From positions 32,001 through 96,000 of IMG/VR virus record IMGVR_UViG_2894097338_000001: a stretch of 64,000 bases of DNA. One strand, given 5' to 3'. Within the stretch, counting starts at the first letter, position 1, and each line of letters starts with the position of its first letter. A program made the position numbers and the translations under genes. Positions 63,889 to 64,000 of this stretch are shown here, one piece after another. The DNA comes from a virus. Taxonomy: Duplodnaviria; Caudoviricetes. The notes beneath the pieces are model-generated. The model did no database searches and was not told where the DNA came from. It saw only the letters and a list, made by a program, of their open reading frames with translations.

Positions 63889-64000
63889 TTAATTAATAAG
63901 TGCTCTAGCAACGATTAAAGATGTAAATACTTATGGTTTAATGTGTTGTTACTGATATTCCATGTAAGTCACTTGTAACGAACAGCGTATCGCAACCATA

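Larger units (their letters stand above)
3859..63938 (-). repeat. Dispersed directional 19-bp element, about 20 copies
   Basis: Plus-strand GTTGT(C/A)AATACTTATGGTT-like at 12682, 14601, 18674, 21729, 22712, 24404, 30018, 30735, 35401, 36668, 43154, 45863, 50335, 52055, 60281, 60346 and 63920. Inverse copies at 3859 and 10669. Confidence 0.92.

Noticed and set aside
12682-63938. Dispersed 19-mers as a CRISPR array
   Set aside because: Copies are kilobases apart with genes between them. There is no regular repeat-spacer period and no cas operon.
63979-64000. Second LexA box and a further plus-strand repeat copy (AACCATA) at the window edge
   Set aside because: The box lacks the GTTC half, and the repeat is cut off by the window end.
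1-64000. tRNA or rRNA genes
   Set aside because: No cloverleaf or rRNA-like segment was recognised by eye. tRNAscan-SE would confirm.

Overview
The window is 64 kb of a large, AT-rich temperate phage or phage-plasmid of the SPbeta-like type. The host is probably a low-GC Lactobacillales such as Vagococcus or Enterococcus (inference). 1-3780 (+) holds the end of the tail genes plus holin and endolysin. About 3.8-10.7 kb is an accessory zone where the two transcription directions converge: a LexA-box gene, a near-consensus Firmicutes dif site with a second XerD half-site, a Fic gene and a complete WxL (csc) surface-protein operon. 10.7-46 kb (-) is nucleotide metabolism and replication: NrdH, a DHH protein, a frameshifted dNK, RusA, RecD2 with a class 3 intein, ligase, macrodomain, MazF, MazG, DnaE split by a group I intron with a LAGLIDADG gene, nuclease, primase, DnaB, ATPase and SSB. 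46-49.4 kb is an operon with one near-intact and one catalytically dead (MrpR/YopR-like) tyrosine-recombinase-fold gene. 49.6-64 kb is small early genes with two reverse-oriented morons. The main non-coding signals are two dispersed repeat families: about 20 copies of a directional 19-mer (AACCATAAGTATT(G/T)ACAAC) at promoters and gene junctions, and about 11-14 copies of a palindrome ATAAAA-N6-TTTTAT at gene junctions. Together with the recombinase pair and the dif site, these are the best candidates for an undescribed regulatory or recombination system. All assignments are by eye; no searches were run.
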